DNA of 64,000 nucleotides, from NCBI GenBank assembly GCA_964595485.1, contig CAZQQN010000006.1:7633-71632 (forward strand), given 5' to 3'. Origin of the DNA: an uncultured Sphingobacteriales bacterium (GTDB lineage Bacteria > Bacteroidota > Bacteroidia > CAILMK01 > CAYYUA01). Below are positions 48,760-58,401 of the stretch, in pieces. The notes beneath the pieces are model-generated. The model did not search any database and was not told the DNA's origin. It saw only the letters and a program-made list of their open reading frames with translations. Positions within the stretch are counted from its first letter, which is position 1; each line of letters starts with the position of its first letter. The translations under genes were made by a program, and so were the position numbers.

Positions 48760-50811
48760 TCATGCCTGGCAATTACCCTCTTGGTAATACTGGTACGTAT
48801 TTTTGTAAAATTTCTCAAGTTTTGGATTACTTTTTTGAGCTTGTTGACGTAATTGCTCAGGGTTCTGTATTAAAGTGGCATATTTGCTTTTTGGATACTT
48901 AGTAGCAAGCTTTCGTTTATACTTTTCAGCATTTGTTTTTTTCCCCTCATCCTTGTTTAGCTTGTAAAGGTAGTAGTAAGCCTTTGGCTCATATTTGCTA
49001 CCGGGATAGTTCTCGTTAAGCTTATTAAGATAATTTCTGGCTTTATCAATATCCTGAAGGTCTTGGTAATAAATGACACCGGTATTGAAAAGTGCTCGCT
49101 TTATGGCTTTTTGGGATGAGGTTAATTTATTACTATCGAACGGAATTTTGGCGTAAAATTGCTTTTCTCTGTCGGGTAGTTTGTTAAAATTTTCTGGAAT
49201 GACGTTGTACCTTTTATTTAAAGGTTTCTTACCTTTTTTGGTTTGAGCTAACTTATCTTCCTTGTCAGGTTCTTCCTTGTCAGGTTCTTCTTCGTTTCGC
49301 CGAACTTTATCCGTTTCAGTACGCCAGTTATCCCTTAAAGGTCTGTTACCCCATTGCCTTTTAAATGCCGGTTTCCCTTTACTTTTAGCCGACTCATTGT
49401 AAAAATACCAAGTCCCCGAGTTCTGATTACCCATTAAGTCCTGTTGCTGATTTTGGTTAAGATTTCTTTGTTGTTTCCGCTTTAATTGCTTTAGTTGCCG
49501 TTGGTTTCTTTGCTGTTGCTTTTTCTTTTTCTTTTTTTCTTTTTCTTTTCTAACAATTTTCTTGAATTGGGCACGAAACTGCCCTTTATCCCATGATCTC
49601 ATTGCTTGCAAACTATCCTGGAGCTTTAGGGTCTTTTTATGGCTTACCAAGTCATCCAGCACAGCTTTTTTGTTTTTCAATTGCTCATAATTTTCATTTT
49701 CTGGGGTAATGAGGGCAAAAGTACTATCAAAATAGGCTTTCGCTCTATCGTAATTGTCCTTTTTAAAATGATACTGGGCTAAATTCTGATAAGCTGTAGC
49801 TTTTTGTTCTGAAGTAGCTTTTTTTGCTTTTAATGCTTTATTTAAGTAGTTGATAAAAGCTTCCCGGTTATTATTTTTCTTTGCCAATTGGGCTAATTCA
49901 TAATAAATACGGCTTTTGTAATCAACATTTTTGTCATCCTTTAGCATTCTTTTCAAGTCTTCCTGCAATTTACTTATATTTCTTCCGCCTTTCTTTAAAT
50001 AGCATGAAGCTTTATTAATCTTAGCATGGAAAGCTGTCTCATAAACGGGTCGATTGGATAAGACCTTGTTATATTCAAATATTGCTTTAGAAAAATTCTT
50101 TTCTTCCTGGTAAAGTTGCCCAAGGATAAAGTGCAAACGAGTCTTAAAGTCTTTATTGCTCACTTTAGGTAGGGTTTCTTTAATCTTTTTAGAGGCTGTG
50201 TTATACTGGTTACTCTGGATGGCTACTGATGCTTCTGTCAGGTTTAGAGCTTTATTAAGCTCCTCATTTTCAGGGAAGTTTTTATCACTTTTGATGTTGG
50301 TTATCAAAGCCCTGGCTTGATTGACATCATCTTGTTTAAGGTGTGTCCGAACAACCCAAATGGACGCCTTATAGGCTTCGTTGCTGCCTTTGTACTTACT
50401 TTTAACGTAGCGGAATCTTTGTTTAGCTGAGACATAATCTCCCTTGTAAAATATGGCTTTTCCCATTAGCAGGTAACAATTATCCGTCCATTTGCTTGAC
50501 TCATGCTTTTGGATTACCCTTGTACACTTTTCTACAATTTTGTCGGATTTACTTGCATTACCTTTTGCCATTTCTTTAGGTGGATAACGGTATATTGGCA
50601 GTATTTCATTATAATCATCCGGGAATTGTTCATTGTTTGTTTTAACCATCTCCCGCATGAGCTCCCTGGCATTGAAATAGCCGTTGTATTTGGCTGTGAT
50701 ATTGTGATAAATTTGCGCTATCTTCGTCCCTTCAAGGGACTTACAGCCTTTCAGCCCGAGAATGAGAATAAGCAAGGCAAAAAAGAAAACCGCTGGCTTT
50801 ATTTGTTTCAA
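48760..50811 (-). CDS. Tetratricopeptide-repeat (TPR) lipoprotein with a K/Q-rich low-complexity linker
   Basis: 683 aa. Signal peptide plus Cys (LKGCKS). Multiple TPR-like helical repeats. Central KEKEKKKKKKQQQRNQRQLKQLKRKQQ and EEPDKEEPDKE repeats. C-terminal TPR-like region. Confidence 0.75.
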   Translation of the reverse strand: MKQIKPAVFFFALLILILGLKGCKSLEGTKIAQIYHNITAKYNGYFNARELMREMVKTNNEQFPDDYNEILPIYRYPPKEMAKGNASKSDKIVEKCTRVIQKHESSKWTDNCYLLMGKAIFYKGDYVSAKQRFRYVKSKYKGSNEAYKASIWVVRTHLKQDDVNQARALITNIKSDKNFPENEELNKALNLTEASVAIQSNQYNTASKKIKETLPKVSNKDFKTRLHFILGQLYQEEKNFSKAIFEYNKVLSNRPVYETAFHAKINKASCYLKKGGRNISKLQEDLKRMLKDDKNVDYKSRIYYELAQLAKKNNNREAFINYLNKALKAKKATSEQKATAYQNLAQYHFKKDNYDRAKAYFDSTFALITPENENYEQLKNKKAVLDDLVSHKKTLKLQDSLQAMRSWDKGQFRAQFKKIVRKEKEKKKKKKQQQRNQRQLKQLKRKQQRNLNQNQQQDLMGNQNSGTWYFYNESAKSKGKPAFKRQWGNRPLRDNWRTETDKVRRNEEEPDKEEPDKEDKLAQTKKGKKPLNKRYNVIPENFNKLPDREKQFYAKIPFDSNKLTSSQKAIKRALFNTGVIYYQDLQDIDKARNYLNKLNENYPGSKYEPKAYYYLYKLNKDEGKKTNAEKYKRKLATKYPKSKYATLIQNPEQLRQQAQKSNPKLEKFYKNTYQYYQEGNCQA

Positions 50812-51118
50812 AATTTCGATACCATTTTATTCATTTCAAAGAAATAACTCGGAACAGGCAAAAATATTTTAAAAAGGCCAATGGTAAAGATTTTATTTAA
50901 CCTTAATTACTTATTCAATGGTTTTAAAATGTCTTCCGTTCAGTAATTACTTATTTTGAACCATATTAATGAAAAAAAGCAAATTTAAAGATTTTTGAAA
51001 TCTCTTAACGTTGGTATTGTAATATTAAGCTAATTGAGAATGCATTAGGAATACGTAGAGGTATTTTTCTTGTAGTAATTTACAGAAAATCATTTCATAA
51101 AAAAATTGAATTAAGCGT

Positions 51119-51970
51119 TTGAAAAGGTTAAAAAATAAATACAGACTGGTAATACTTAATGAGACGGATTTCGAGGAGAAAGCTTCTATTTCCATAAAGC
51201 TGCTCAATGTTCTGGCGTTTTTTAGCGTTATTTTCATTACCATGTTTTTTATTTTCTATTTATTATTCGGATTTACCCCTATGAAAGCTTTCTTACCGGT
51301 TACGGGGTATTCAGCTGAGCAGAAAAAAGTTGCAAGAATGGCTTATAAAGTAGATTCCTTAAAACATGTTGTGAACAGGAGGGAAAGTTACCTAAGCAAT
51401 ATCAAGTCAATCCTCACCGGGGAGGTAGGTGATTCAGCAAGACCCAAACGCGAACAATCTAAGGATTTGAAAGTAAAAAGTGAAGAAATTAATCTTCAGG
51501 ATACTTCAAGTGTTGACTCCGTATTCAAGGAAAGGTTCCGGTCTCAAGATCCATACAGACTTAGCTTATCATCTTCTCAATCGACTTCCGACAACCTTGC
51601 TAAATATGCTTTTTTCCCGCCTTTAAAAGGTATGATCACTTCTGAATATAATGAAGGGCTTGGTCATTATGCCGTGGATGTGGTCGGACCAAAAGATATT
51701 GGTATTAAGGCTGTCTTAAGCGGTACAGTAATATTTTCAGAATGGTCCGCATCCACTGGTTATGTTATTATGATTCAGCATCCTAATAATATCGTTTCAG
51801 TTTACAAACACAATTCGCAATTGTTAAAAAAAGTTGGTAAATTTGTGGAAGCTGGAGAAGTTATAGCGATTATTGGGGAATCCGGTGAGCTAAGTACAGG
51901 CCCGCATCTGCATTTTGAGCTATGGCATAATGGTAACCCAATTAATCCTCAAAAGTACATTGCTTTTTAA
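51119..51970 (+). CDS. Membrane-anchored M23 (LytM-type) metallopeptidase
   Basis: 283 aa. Short cytoplasmic N-terminus, one TM (LLNVLAFFSVIFITMFFIFYLLF), periplasmic coiled region. M23 motifs HYAVDV...HLHFELWHNGNPINP. The track start is a TTG. Confidence 0.8.
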   Translation: MKRLKNKYRLVILNETDFEEKASISIKLLNVLAFFSVIFITMFFIFYLLFGFTPMKAFLPVTGYSAEQKKVARMAYKVDSLKHVVNRRESYLSNIKSILTGEVGDSARPKREQSKDLKVKSEEINLQDTSSVDSVFKERFRSQDPYRLSLSSSQSTSDNLAKYAFFPPLKGMITSEYNEGLGHYAVDVVGPKDIGIKAVLSGTVIFSEWSASTGYVIMIQHPNNIVSVYKHNSQLLKKVGKFVEAGEVIAIIGESGELSTGPHLHFELWHNGNPINPQKYIAF

Positions 51971-52068
51971 CTTTAATTCAAACTTATTTGTCTATTACCT
52001 GTTAGTTATATAATGCATAAAATAATATGAAACCTTCTTTTTAAATAGCCTTAACCAAACTAAACATT

Positions 52069-52596
52069 ATGTTTAAAAAGAATAAAGCTTTTAATGAAAA
52101 AGGTAAAGATGAATTGAATGGAAATTCAATTAATTTAGTTGGTGATTCCACTAAAATTGTTGGGGATGTGGAAACCGAAACCGATATTCGGGTGGACGGC
52201 ACAGTTGAAGGCAATATCGTTACAAAAGGTAAACTTGTTTTAGGAGAAAGTGCAGCGATTAAAGGTAATTGTTACTGCCATGCCGGGGATTTTTCCGGGA
52301 GAATTAATGGTAATATTTATTGTAAAGACCAATTATTATTAAAGTCAACTGCCCAGGTCCATGGGGATATCTTTACAAAACGTTTCGTTGTTGAGAAAGA
52401 TGCGAATTTCAATGGTCAATGTGAAATGAGGGAAGAAATAAATTTCCCCAGTGATAAAAACACTTCTCGTGATGCTAATGGTGCTAAAGTACAAAACGGC
52501 TCCTCAGCTCCAGAAGATAACCAAAATACAAAACCTCGTAGTGGAAAAGAAGCAGAAAAAAGAGCGCAAGAAGGACAAAAAGCCTCCTCTGTATAA
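52069..52596 (+). CDS. Bactofilin (polymer-forming cytoskeletal protein, DUF583)
   Basis: 175 aa. Repetitive beta-helical bactofilin core (VGDVETETDIRVDGTVEGNIVTKGKLVLGESAAIKGN...). Disordered K/E/Q-rich tail. Confidence 0.85.
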   Translation: MFKKNKAFNEKGKDELNGNSINLVGDSTKIVGDVETETDIRVDGTVEGNIVTKGKLVLGESAAIKGNCYCHAGDFSGRINGNIYCKDQLLLKSTAQVHGDIFTKRFVVEKDANFNGQCEMREEINFPSDKNTSRDANGAKVQNGSSAPEDNQNTKPRSGKEAEKRAQEGQKASSV

Positions 52597-52771
52597 ATAT
52601 GCCCACTACCTTGGCATTGGTTTCAGGATCATGGGAACTGTTCTTGCTGGCGTTGTAATAGGTTACCTTGTTGACTATTACATGGGCAATCAAACCAATT
52701 ATTTTACGTTAATATTCTCCCTCGCGGCTTTAATCATTATGCTATACCAGCTTATCAAAGAATTTTCGTAA
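52541..52771 (+). CDS. AtpZ/AtpI-family small membrane protein preceding the F-ATPase operon
   Basis: Basic N-terminus followed by two hydrophobic helices (YAHYLGIGFRIMGTVLAGVVIGYLV...). The start is uncertain: GTG at 52541 (76 aa) or ATG at 52631 (46 aa). The track ORF from 52451 overlaps the bactofilin gene by 145 nt. Confidence 0.55.
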   Translation: MEKKQKKERKKDKKPPLYKYAHYLGIGFRIMGTVLAGVVIGYLVDYYMGNQTNYFTLIFSLAALIIMLYQLIKEFS

Positions 52772-52772
52772 A

Positions 52773-53186
52773 ATGGCAAGAAATAACATTGGCGGGTTCT
52801 CAAAACCTTTTTTGGTTTTAGGCCTGATTACGATTGGTTTGTTGCTTATCACTAAGCCAATATGGAAGGACGGTATATTAATGCTACTGCTTTACAATAA
52901 CCTTTTCTTATTTACGATTACTTATTTGTCAGGGGTGGCAATGGTTTACACCCTAATGGATAACCATACAAGGTTTATGTTTGCGATGGCAGGTAGTACC
53001 ATAGGCAAACTTTTGCTGTCTTTTATTTACATAGCCTTATTAGTTTATTACAATGAAGACCAGGCATTTACAATTGTTGCCTCTTTTTTCTTCTTTTACA
53101 TATTGTTTACCGGATTTGAAGTTTTTCAATTATTTCATAAATTGCGCCCGCATTTAAAAAAGGAAAACAAAAGTGAAAATCACTAA
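52773..53186 (+). CDS. Hypothetical 4-TM membrane protein in the atp operon leader (AtpI-like position)
   Basis: 137 aa, four hydrophobic helices. Located between AtpZ and atpB, overlapping atpB by 14 nt. Confidence 0.5.
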   Translation: MARNNIGGFSKPFLVLGLITIGLLLITKPIWKDGILMLLLYNNLFLFTITYLSGVAMVYTLMDNHTRFMFAMAGSTIGKLLLSFIYIALLVYYNEDQAFTIVASFFFFYILFTGFEVFQLFHKLRPHLKKENKSENH

Positions 53187-54288
53187 ATCTCCCGCCATAC
53201 GTTGGATATTCCTTCTAAGCTTTCTTTCATTCTTTTTAAGTTTTTCAAGTAAAGCCCTGGCATCCAGCGAAAAAAGTGAAGAGTCAGATAAAAGTCACTC
53301 AAAAGAGAGTTTTGAGCCAGGTGAAATGATCCTTCATCATATTAAGGATGAATACAAATGGCACTTCTTTACCATTGGCGATTTTCACGCTACAATTTAT
53401 TTCCCTGTTATTCTTTACACATCTGATAAAGGTCTTGTTTCTTTTAGCTCTAAACACCTCTACAAAAGTGAGGAAAATAAGTACCGGGGTTTTAAACTTT
53501 CCCACAGAGAAATAAAAGCTACTTCTGGCGCTAAAGTATATGATTTTTCCGTCACGAAAAACGTTGCTTCGATGCTACTTAGCGCTTTGATTATGCTGTG
53601 GATCTTTCTTGTGGTAGCAAGGCGTTACAGTAGACAGCCAAAGCAACCACCAAAAGGGATTCAATCATTGTTAGAGCCTGTTATTGTATTTATGCGGGAT
53701 GAGGTCGTGAAACCTGCCATAGGAAAGGACTGGCCTAAATACTTCCCTTACGTTATCAGCGTTTTCTTTTTCATATGGATTAATAACCTGTTGGGACTTA
53801 TCCCCGGAGCAGCCAATGTTACTGGTAATATAGCTGTAACCCTTTGCTTAGCAATCATATCATTTTTGATCATTTTATTTAGTGCCAGAAAGGATTATTG
53901 GCAGCATATTTTTAACACACCAGGTGTTCCTTGGTGGTTAAAATTTCCTGTGCCTCTAATGCCATTTGTTGAAACACTTGGAATGTTCACAAAGCCTTTT
54001 GCCCTCACTGTCCGTCTTTTTGCTAACATTGCTGCAGGCCATATCCTCATTTTAAGTGTAATTTCTTTGATTTTTATTTTCGGCGCTAAAAGCCCTACAT
54101 TAGGCTTTAGTGTTGTAACCCCTATATCTCTGGCCTTTACCCTGTTTTTATATTTTCTTGAGCTACTGGTGGCTGCAGTGCAAGCATACATTTTTGCCAT
54201 GCTGTCAGCAGTTTTCATAGGTGAGGCCGTGGCTGAACACCATGAGGATGAAGAAGTTGAAGAGGCTATAAGTGAAGAAGCCAGTTGA
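53173..54288 (+). CDS. atpB: F0F1 ATP synthase subunit a (long Bacteroidota form)
   Basis: 371 aa. N-terminal extension with a signal-like segment. Conserved a-subunit motif LTVRLFANIAAGHIL with the essential Arg. Confidence 0.9.
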   Translation: MKITKSPAIRWIFLLSFLSFFLSFSSKALASSEKSEESDKSHSKESFEPGEMILHHIKDEYKWHFFTIGDFHATIYFPVILYTSDKGLVSFSSKHLYKSEENKYRGFKLSHREIKATSGAKVYDFSVTKNVASMLLSALIMLWIFLVVARRYSRQPKQPPKGIQSLLEPVIVFMRDEVVKPAIGKDWPKYFPYVISVFFFIWINNLLGLIPGAANVTGNIAVTLCLAIISFLIILFSARKDYWQHIFNTPGVPWWLKFPVPLMPFVETLGMFTKPFALTVRLFANIAAGHILILSVISLIFIFGAKSPTLGFSVVTPISLAFTLFLYFLELLVAAVQAYIFAMLSAVFIGEAVAEHHEDEEVEEAISEEAS

Positions 54289-54321
54289 AAGTAAGATTTT
54301 TTGAATTGATGAATTTTTTAA

Positions 54322-54591
<270 letters not shown>

Positions 54592-54606
54592 AATGCAGAA
54601 AAATTT

Positions 54607-54660
54607 CAGGTTTTGTTTTCCGGCGGTTGGCCGGAAGCAAAACCTGTTCTTGATTTTTTA
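54607..54660 (+). terminator. Stem-loop plus T-tract after atpE (intra-operon attenuator/partial terminator)
   Basis: CAGGTTTTGTTTTCCGGC-ggttg-GCCGGAAGCAAAACCTG, a roughly 17-bp imperfect hairpin, followed by ttcttgatttttta. It lies between atpE and atpF. Confidence 0.45.
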
Positions 54661-54680
54661 ATCTAAGAAAATTTTAAAAT

Positions 54681-55175
54681 ATGGATTTATTAATTCCCGA
54701 TTTAGGCTTATTTGTTTGGACATTGGTTGTTTTCCTTATCGTACTTTTTATTCTCGCTAAAAAAGCATGGTCTCCCATAGCCAATGCACTGCAAAACAGA
54801 GAACAGTCTATTGAAAATGCCCTTAATGAAGCAAGCAAAGCAAGGGAGGAAATTGATAACCTGAAAGCTGAGAATGATAAACTTATTCAAGATGCTAAAG
54901 TGGAAAGGGATAAAATCCTTAAAGAGGCAAGGGAAACCAAAGAAAAAATGATAGAGGATGCCAAGGAAGAGGCCCGGAAGGAAAGCCAGAAAATAAAAGA
55001 AGAGGCCAATAAAGAGATTCAAAAGGAAAGGGATAAAGCCTTCCAGAGTTTAAAAGGTGAGGTTGCTGACATTGCAATGGATATCGCTTCTAAAGTCCTT
55101 CGCGAAGAATTAGAAAAAGAGGGTAAGCAGGAAAATCTTGTAGAAAAGTATATTGAAGAATCCCAGGTAAATTAG
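54681..55175 (+). CDS. atpF: F0F1 ATP synthase subunit b
   Basis: 164 aa. One N-terminal TM, then a long charged coiled coil (K/E-rich). Confidence 0.85.
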   Translation: MDLLIPDLGLFVWTLVVFLIVLFILAKKAWSPIANALQNREQSIENALNEASKAREEIDNLKAENDKLIQDAKVERDKILKEARETKEKMIEDAKEEARKESQKIKEEANKEIQKERDKAFQSLKGEVADIAMDIASKVLREELEKEGKQENLVEKYIEESQVN

Positions 55176-55181
55176 CATTTC

Positions 55182-55727
55182 ATGTCAGAAATAAGGGTTG
55201 CCAACCGGTATGCTAAGGCTTTAATTGCTCTTGCTGAAGAGCAAGGGTCTATTGAAGAGGTTTATGAAAATGCCGAGAAGTTCTTGAATATTTGTAAAGA
55301 GAACAGGGACTTTGAAACTATTTTGGGTAATCCAATCATTCCCCAGGAAAAGAAAGTCTCAATCGTTAAGAAACTTTTTTCTGATCAACTTTCTGAACAA
55401 ACCTTAAACTTTATTATTCTTATAATACGAAAGGGCAGGGGTGCCTTATTAGTACCCACTTTCGAACAGTTAAAGGAATCATACAAACGGATAAAAGGAA
55501 TTGCTTCGGCTAAGGTTTATTCACCAATTAAGCTTTCCGATAATGCCCTCAAAAAATTAAAAGAGATCGTTGAAAAAGGTTCAGAATGGGAAGTTAATGA
55601 GGTGGAACTCAATAATGAAGTTGATGATACCCTATTGGGCGGCTTTTTGCTTCAGTTTGATGATAAACTTTTAGACAAAAGTGTAAATACCCAGCTTAAG
55701 GAGCTGCGCAGGACATTTAAAAATTAA
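55182..55727 (+). CDS. atpH: F0F1 ATP synthase subunit delta (OSCP)
   Basis: 181 aa. OSCP-like pattern [12 protein letters not shown]...LLGGF. Confidence 0.85.
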   Translation: MSEIRVANRYAKALIALAEEQGSIEEVYENAEKFLNICKENRDFETILGNPIIPQEKKVSIVKKLFSDQLSEQTLNFIILIIRKGRGALLVPTFEQLKESYKRIKGIASAKVYSPIKLSDNALKKLKEIVEKGSEWEVNEVELNNEVDDTLLGGFLLQFDDKLLDKSVNTQLKELRRTFKN

Positions 55728-55749
55728 TCAAAAATTAAATCAGGTTATA

Positions 55750-57333
55750 ATGGCAGACGTAAAACCTAACGAAGTATCAGAAATACTGAGAAACGAACTT
55801 TCTGGCTACAAAACTGAAGAAGATCTTCAAGAAGTTGGAACGGTACTCCAGGTAGGAGATGGCATCGCTCGTATTTATGGGCTGAATGCTGTTAAATCCG
55901 GTGAACTTATTGAATTTGATAATGGTACCCAAGGCATTGTCCTGAATCTTGAAGAAGACAATGTTGGTGGTGTACTTTTAGGTAGTGATGAAGGTATTAA
56001 AGAAGGTTCCAACGTAAAAAGAACGGGCCGAATTGCATCTGTTAATGTTGGAGAGGGTATGCTTGGGCGTGTAGTGAATACATTGGGTGAGCCCATTGAT
56101 GGTAAAGGTCCTATTGAAGGTGAGCTTTATGAAATGCCTATCGAAAGGAAAGCACCTGGTGTCATTTACAGAGAGCCAGTAGAAGAGCCTCTTCAGACCG
56201 GTATCAAATCAGTGGATTCAATAATTCCGATTGGTCGCGGGCAGCGCGAATTGATCATTGGTGATCGCCAAACCGGAAAGAGCACGATTGGTATTGATAC
56301 CATTATCAACCAAAGGAAAAATTATGAAAATGGCGAGCCTGTTTTCTGTGTATATGTTGCTACAGGCCAGAAAAACTCGACCATTGCCCAAACAGTCCGT
56401 ACCCTGGAAGAGCATGGCGCTATGGATTACACAGTAGTTGTCGCGGCTAGTGCAGCTTACCCTGCTCCGCTTCAGTTTTACGCACCTTTTACTGGTTGTG
56501 CTATTGGGGAATTCTTCCGGGATACAGGCCGCTCTGCGCTTTTAGTTTATGATGACCTTTCCAAACAGGCTGTGGCATACCGGGAAGTATCACTGCTTCT
56601 AAGGCGCCCACCCGGGCGAGAGGCTTATCCCGGTGATGTTTTTTACCTTCACTCCAGGCTATTAGAAAGAGCTTGTAAGGTCATTAACGTTGATAGCCTT
56701 GTTCAGAATATGAACGATCTTCCGGAGTCTATCCAGGATCAAGCAAAAGGTGGGGGCTCCCTTACAGCATTACCTATTATTGAAACTCAGGCTGGTGACG
56801 TTTCAGCTTATATCCCGACTAACGTTATCTCCATTACAGATGGTCAAATATTCCTGGAAACTGAGTTGTTTAATTCCGGTGTAAGGCCCGCAATTAATGT
56901 TGGTATTTCAGTTTCGCGGGTAGGTGGCAGTGCCCAGATTAAGCCAATGAAGAAAACAGCTGGTACTCTAAAGCTCGACTTGGCCCAATACAGGGAATTA
57001 GAAGCCTTTGCAAAGTTCGGCTCGGACTTGGATCCCACTACCAAGCAAGTACTTGACAAAGGTGCCAGGAACGTGGAAATCCTTAAGCAAGGGGAAAATA
57101 TGCCAGTACCGGTTGAAAAACAAGTTGCCATTATTCACTGTGGTACGCAAGGTTTATTGACTGACATTCCTGTGGAAAAAGTTACGGTGTTTGAAAATGA
57201 ATTATTGGAGATGCTCGAAGCCAAACATCGGGATATACTTGACCAGATAAGGGAAGGTACCTGGAATGATGATATCCAGAATAAAATTGAGGAATTAGCA
57301 AAAGATCTGAAATCTACTTACATTGCTCAGTAA
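55750..57333 (+). CDS. atpA: F0F1 ATP synthase subunit alpha
   Basis: 527 aa. Walker [10 protein letters not shown]. The IYVAIGQK-like region ([11 protein letters not shown]). Walker [17 protein letters not shown]. Confidence 0.97.
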   Translation: MADVKPNEVSEILRNELSGYKTEEDLQEVGTVLQVGDGIARIYGLNAVKSGELIEFDNGTQGIVLNLEEDNVGGVLLGSDEGIKEGSNVKRTGRIASVNVGEGMLGRVVNTLGEPIDGKGPIEGELYEMPIERKAPGVIYREPVEEPLQTGIKSVDSIIPIGRGQRELIIGDRQTGKSTIGIDTIINQRKNYENGEPVFCVYVATGQKNSTIAQTVRTLEEHGAMDYTVVVAASAAYPAPLQFYAPFTGCAIGEFFRDTGRSALLVYDDLSKQAVAYREVSLLLRRPPGREAYPGDVFYLHSRLLERACKVINVDSLVQNMNDLPESIQDQAKGGGSLTALPIIETQAGDVSAYIPTNVISITDGQIFLETELFNSGVRPAINVGISVSRVGGSAQIKPMKKTAGTLKLDLAQYRELEAFAKFGSDLDPTTKQVLDKGARNVEILKQGENMPVPVEKQVAIIHCGTQGLLTDIPVEKVTVFENELLEMLEAKHRDILDQIREGTWNDDIQNKIEELAKDLKSTYIAQ

Positions 57334-57414
57334 CAATAAAACCAATTAATAAAAGGATAGGGGAACCCGTTCGAAAATCCCCTTTCTTTATTAATCCCTA
57401 AAATCGGACATTGA

Positions 57415-58344
57415 ATGGGTAGTTTAAAAGAAATAAGGAACAGGATTGGTTCTGTCCAGAATACGCAGCAGATTACAAAAGCCATGAAAATGGTTGCCGC
57501 TGCTAAATTAAGGAAAGCTCAGGATGCTATTCAAAAAATGAGGCCTTATGCAAGTAAACTGAATGACATAACAGCCCATGTATCCGATAGTCTGGAGGAA
57601 TCAAATTCTTACCATAAATATTTTCAGCAGCGAGAGATGAACCGCGTTCTTTTGATTCCAATGACCGCTGATAAAGGGCTGTGTGGTGCATTCAATAATA
57701 ATATCCAGAAATTAACGAATCAGGTTATCAGAGAACGGTACCCGGAGATGTTCCAACAGGGCAAGCTTGATCTCTTATGTATTGGTAAAAAAGGCTATGA
57801 GTTCTTTAAAAAACAAGAACACAACGTGGTTGATGGTTATACCGATTTTTTCAATAAGCCTACTTATGAAAAAACTATGGAAATCGTTGAGAAAGTAGTA
57901 GGCTGGTACGATTACCACCAATATGACCGCATTGAGATCATTTATAATTCGTTTAAAAATGCGGTTACTTATTACCCTACCGCCCACCAATTTTTACCTA
58001 TTAGGAGTTTAAGTGATATAGAAAGCCAGACTCGTGCTAATGAAGCTTCGGATAGTAGCAGTGCAGAATCTGACAGAAAGTATGACTACCTTTTCGAGCC
58101 TTCTAAGCAAGAAATTATAGAAGAATTAGTCCCGAAAAGTTTAAAGATTATGTTTTACAAGGATGTTTTGGATTCCAGCGCAGCCGAGCATGGTTCCAGG
58201 ATGACCGCTATGGATAATGCCACTGACAATGCCGAGGAATTAATCAGTGACTTGAAGCTTCAATATAATAAAGCCCGCCAGGCAGCTATCACGAAAGAAA
58301 TCAGTGAAATAGTTGGTGGTGCTGAAGCGCTCTCAAATGGCTAG
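57415..58344 (+). CDS. atpG: F0F1 ATP synthase subunit gamma
   Basis: 309 aa. N-terminal MGSLKEIRNRIGSVQNTQQITKAMKMVAAAKLRKAQ. C-terminal ...ITKEISEIVGGAEAL, typical of gamma. Confidence 0.93.
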   Translation: MGSLKEIRNRIGSVQNTQQITKAMKMVAAAKLRKAQDAIQKMRPYASKLNDITAHVSDSLEESNSYHKYFQQREMNRVLLIPMTADKGLCGAFNNNIQKLTNQVIRERYPEMFQQGKLDLLCIGKKGYEFFKKQEHNVVDGYTDFFNKPTYEKTMEIVEKVVGWYDYHQYDRIEIIYNSFKNAVTYYPTAHQFLPIRSLSDIESQTRANEASDSSSAESDRKYDYLFEPSKQEIIEELVPKSLKIMFYKDVLDSSAAEHGSRMTAMDNATDNAEELISDLKLQYNKARQAAITKEISEIVGGAEALSNG

Positions 58345-58401
58345 GTATTTCAAAAGAGTTCATTTTACTGAAAAAGATGACAAGCTTAGCCATCCCATTT
58401 A

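Noticed and set aside
52451-52596. Possible frameshift or pseudogene at the bactofilin/AtpZ overlap
   Set aside because: Both frames are intact and have family-typical sequence. Alternative downstream starts for AtpZ explain the overlap without invoking a frameshift.
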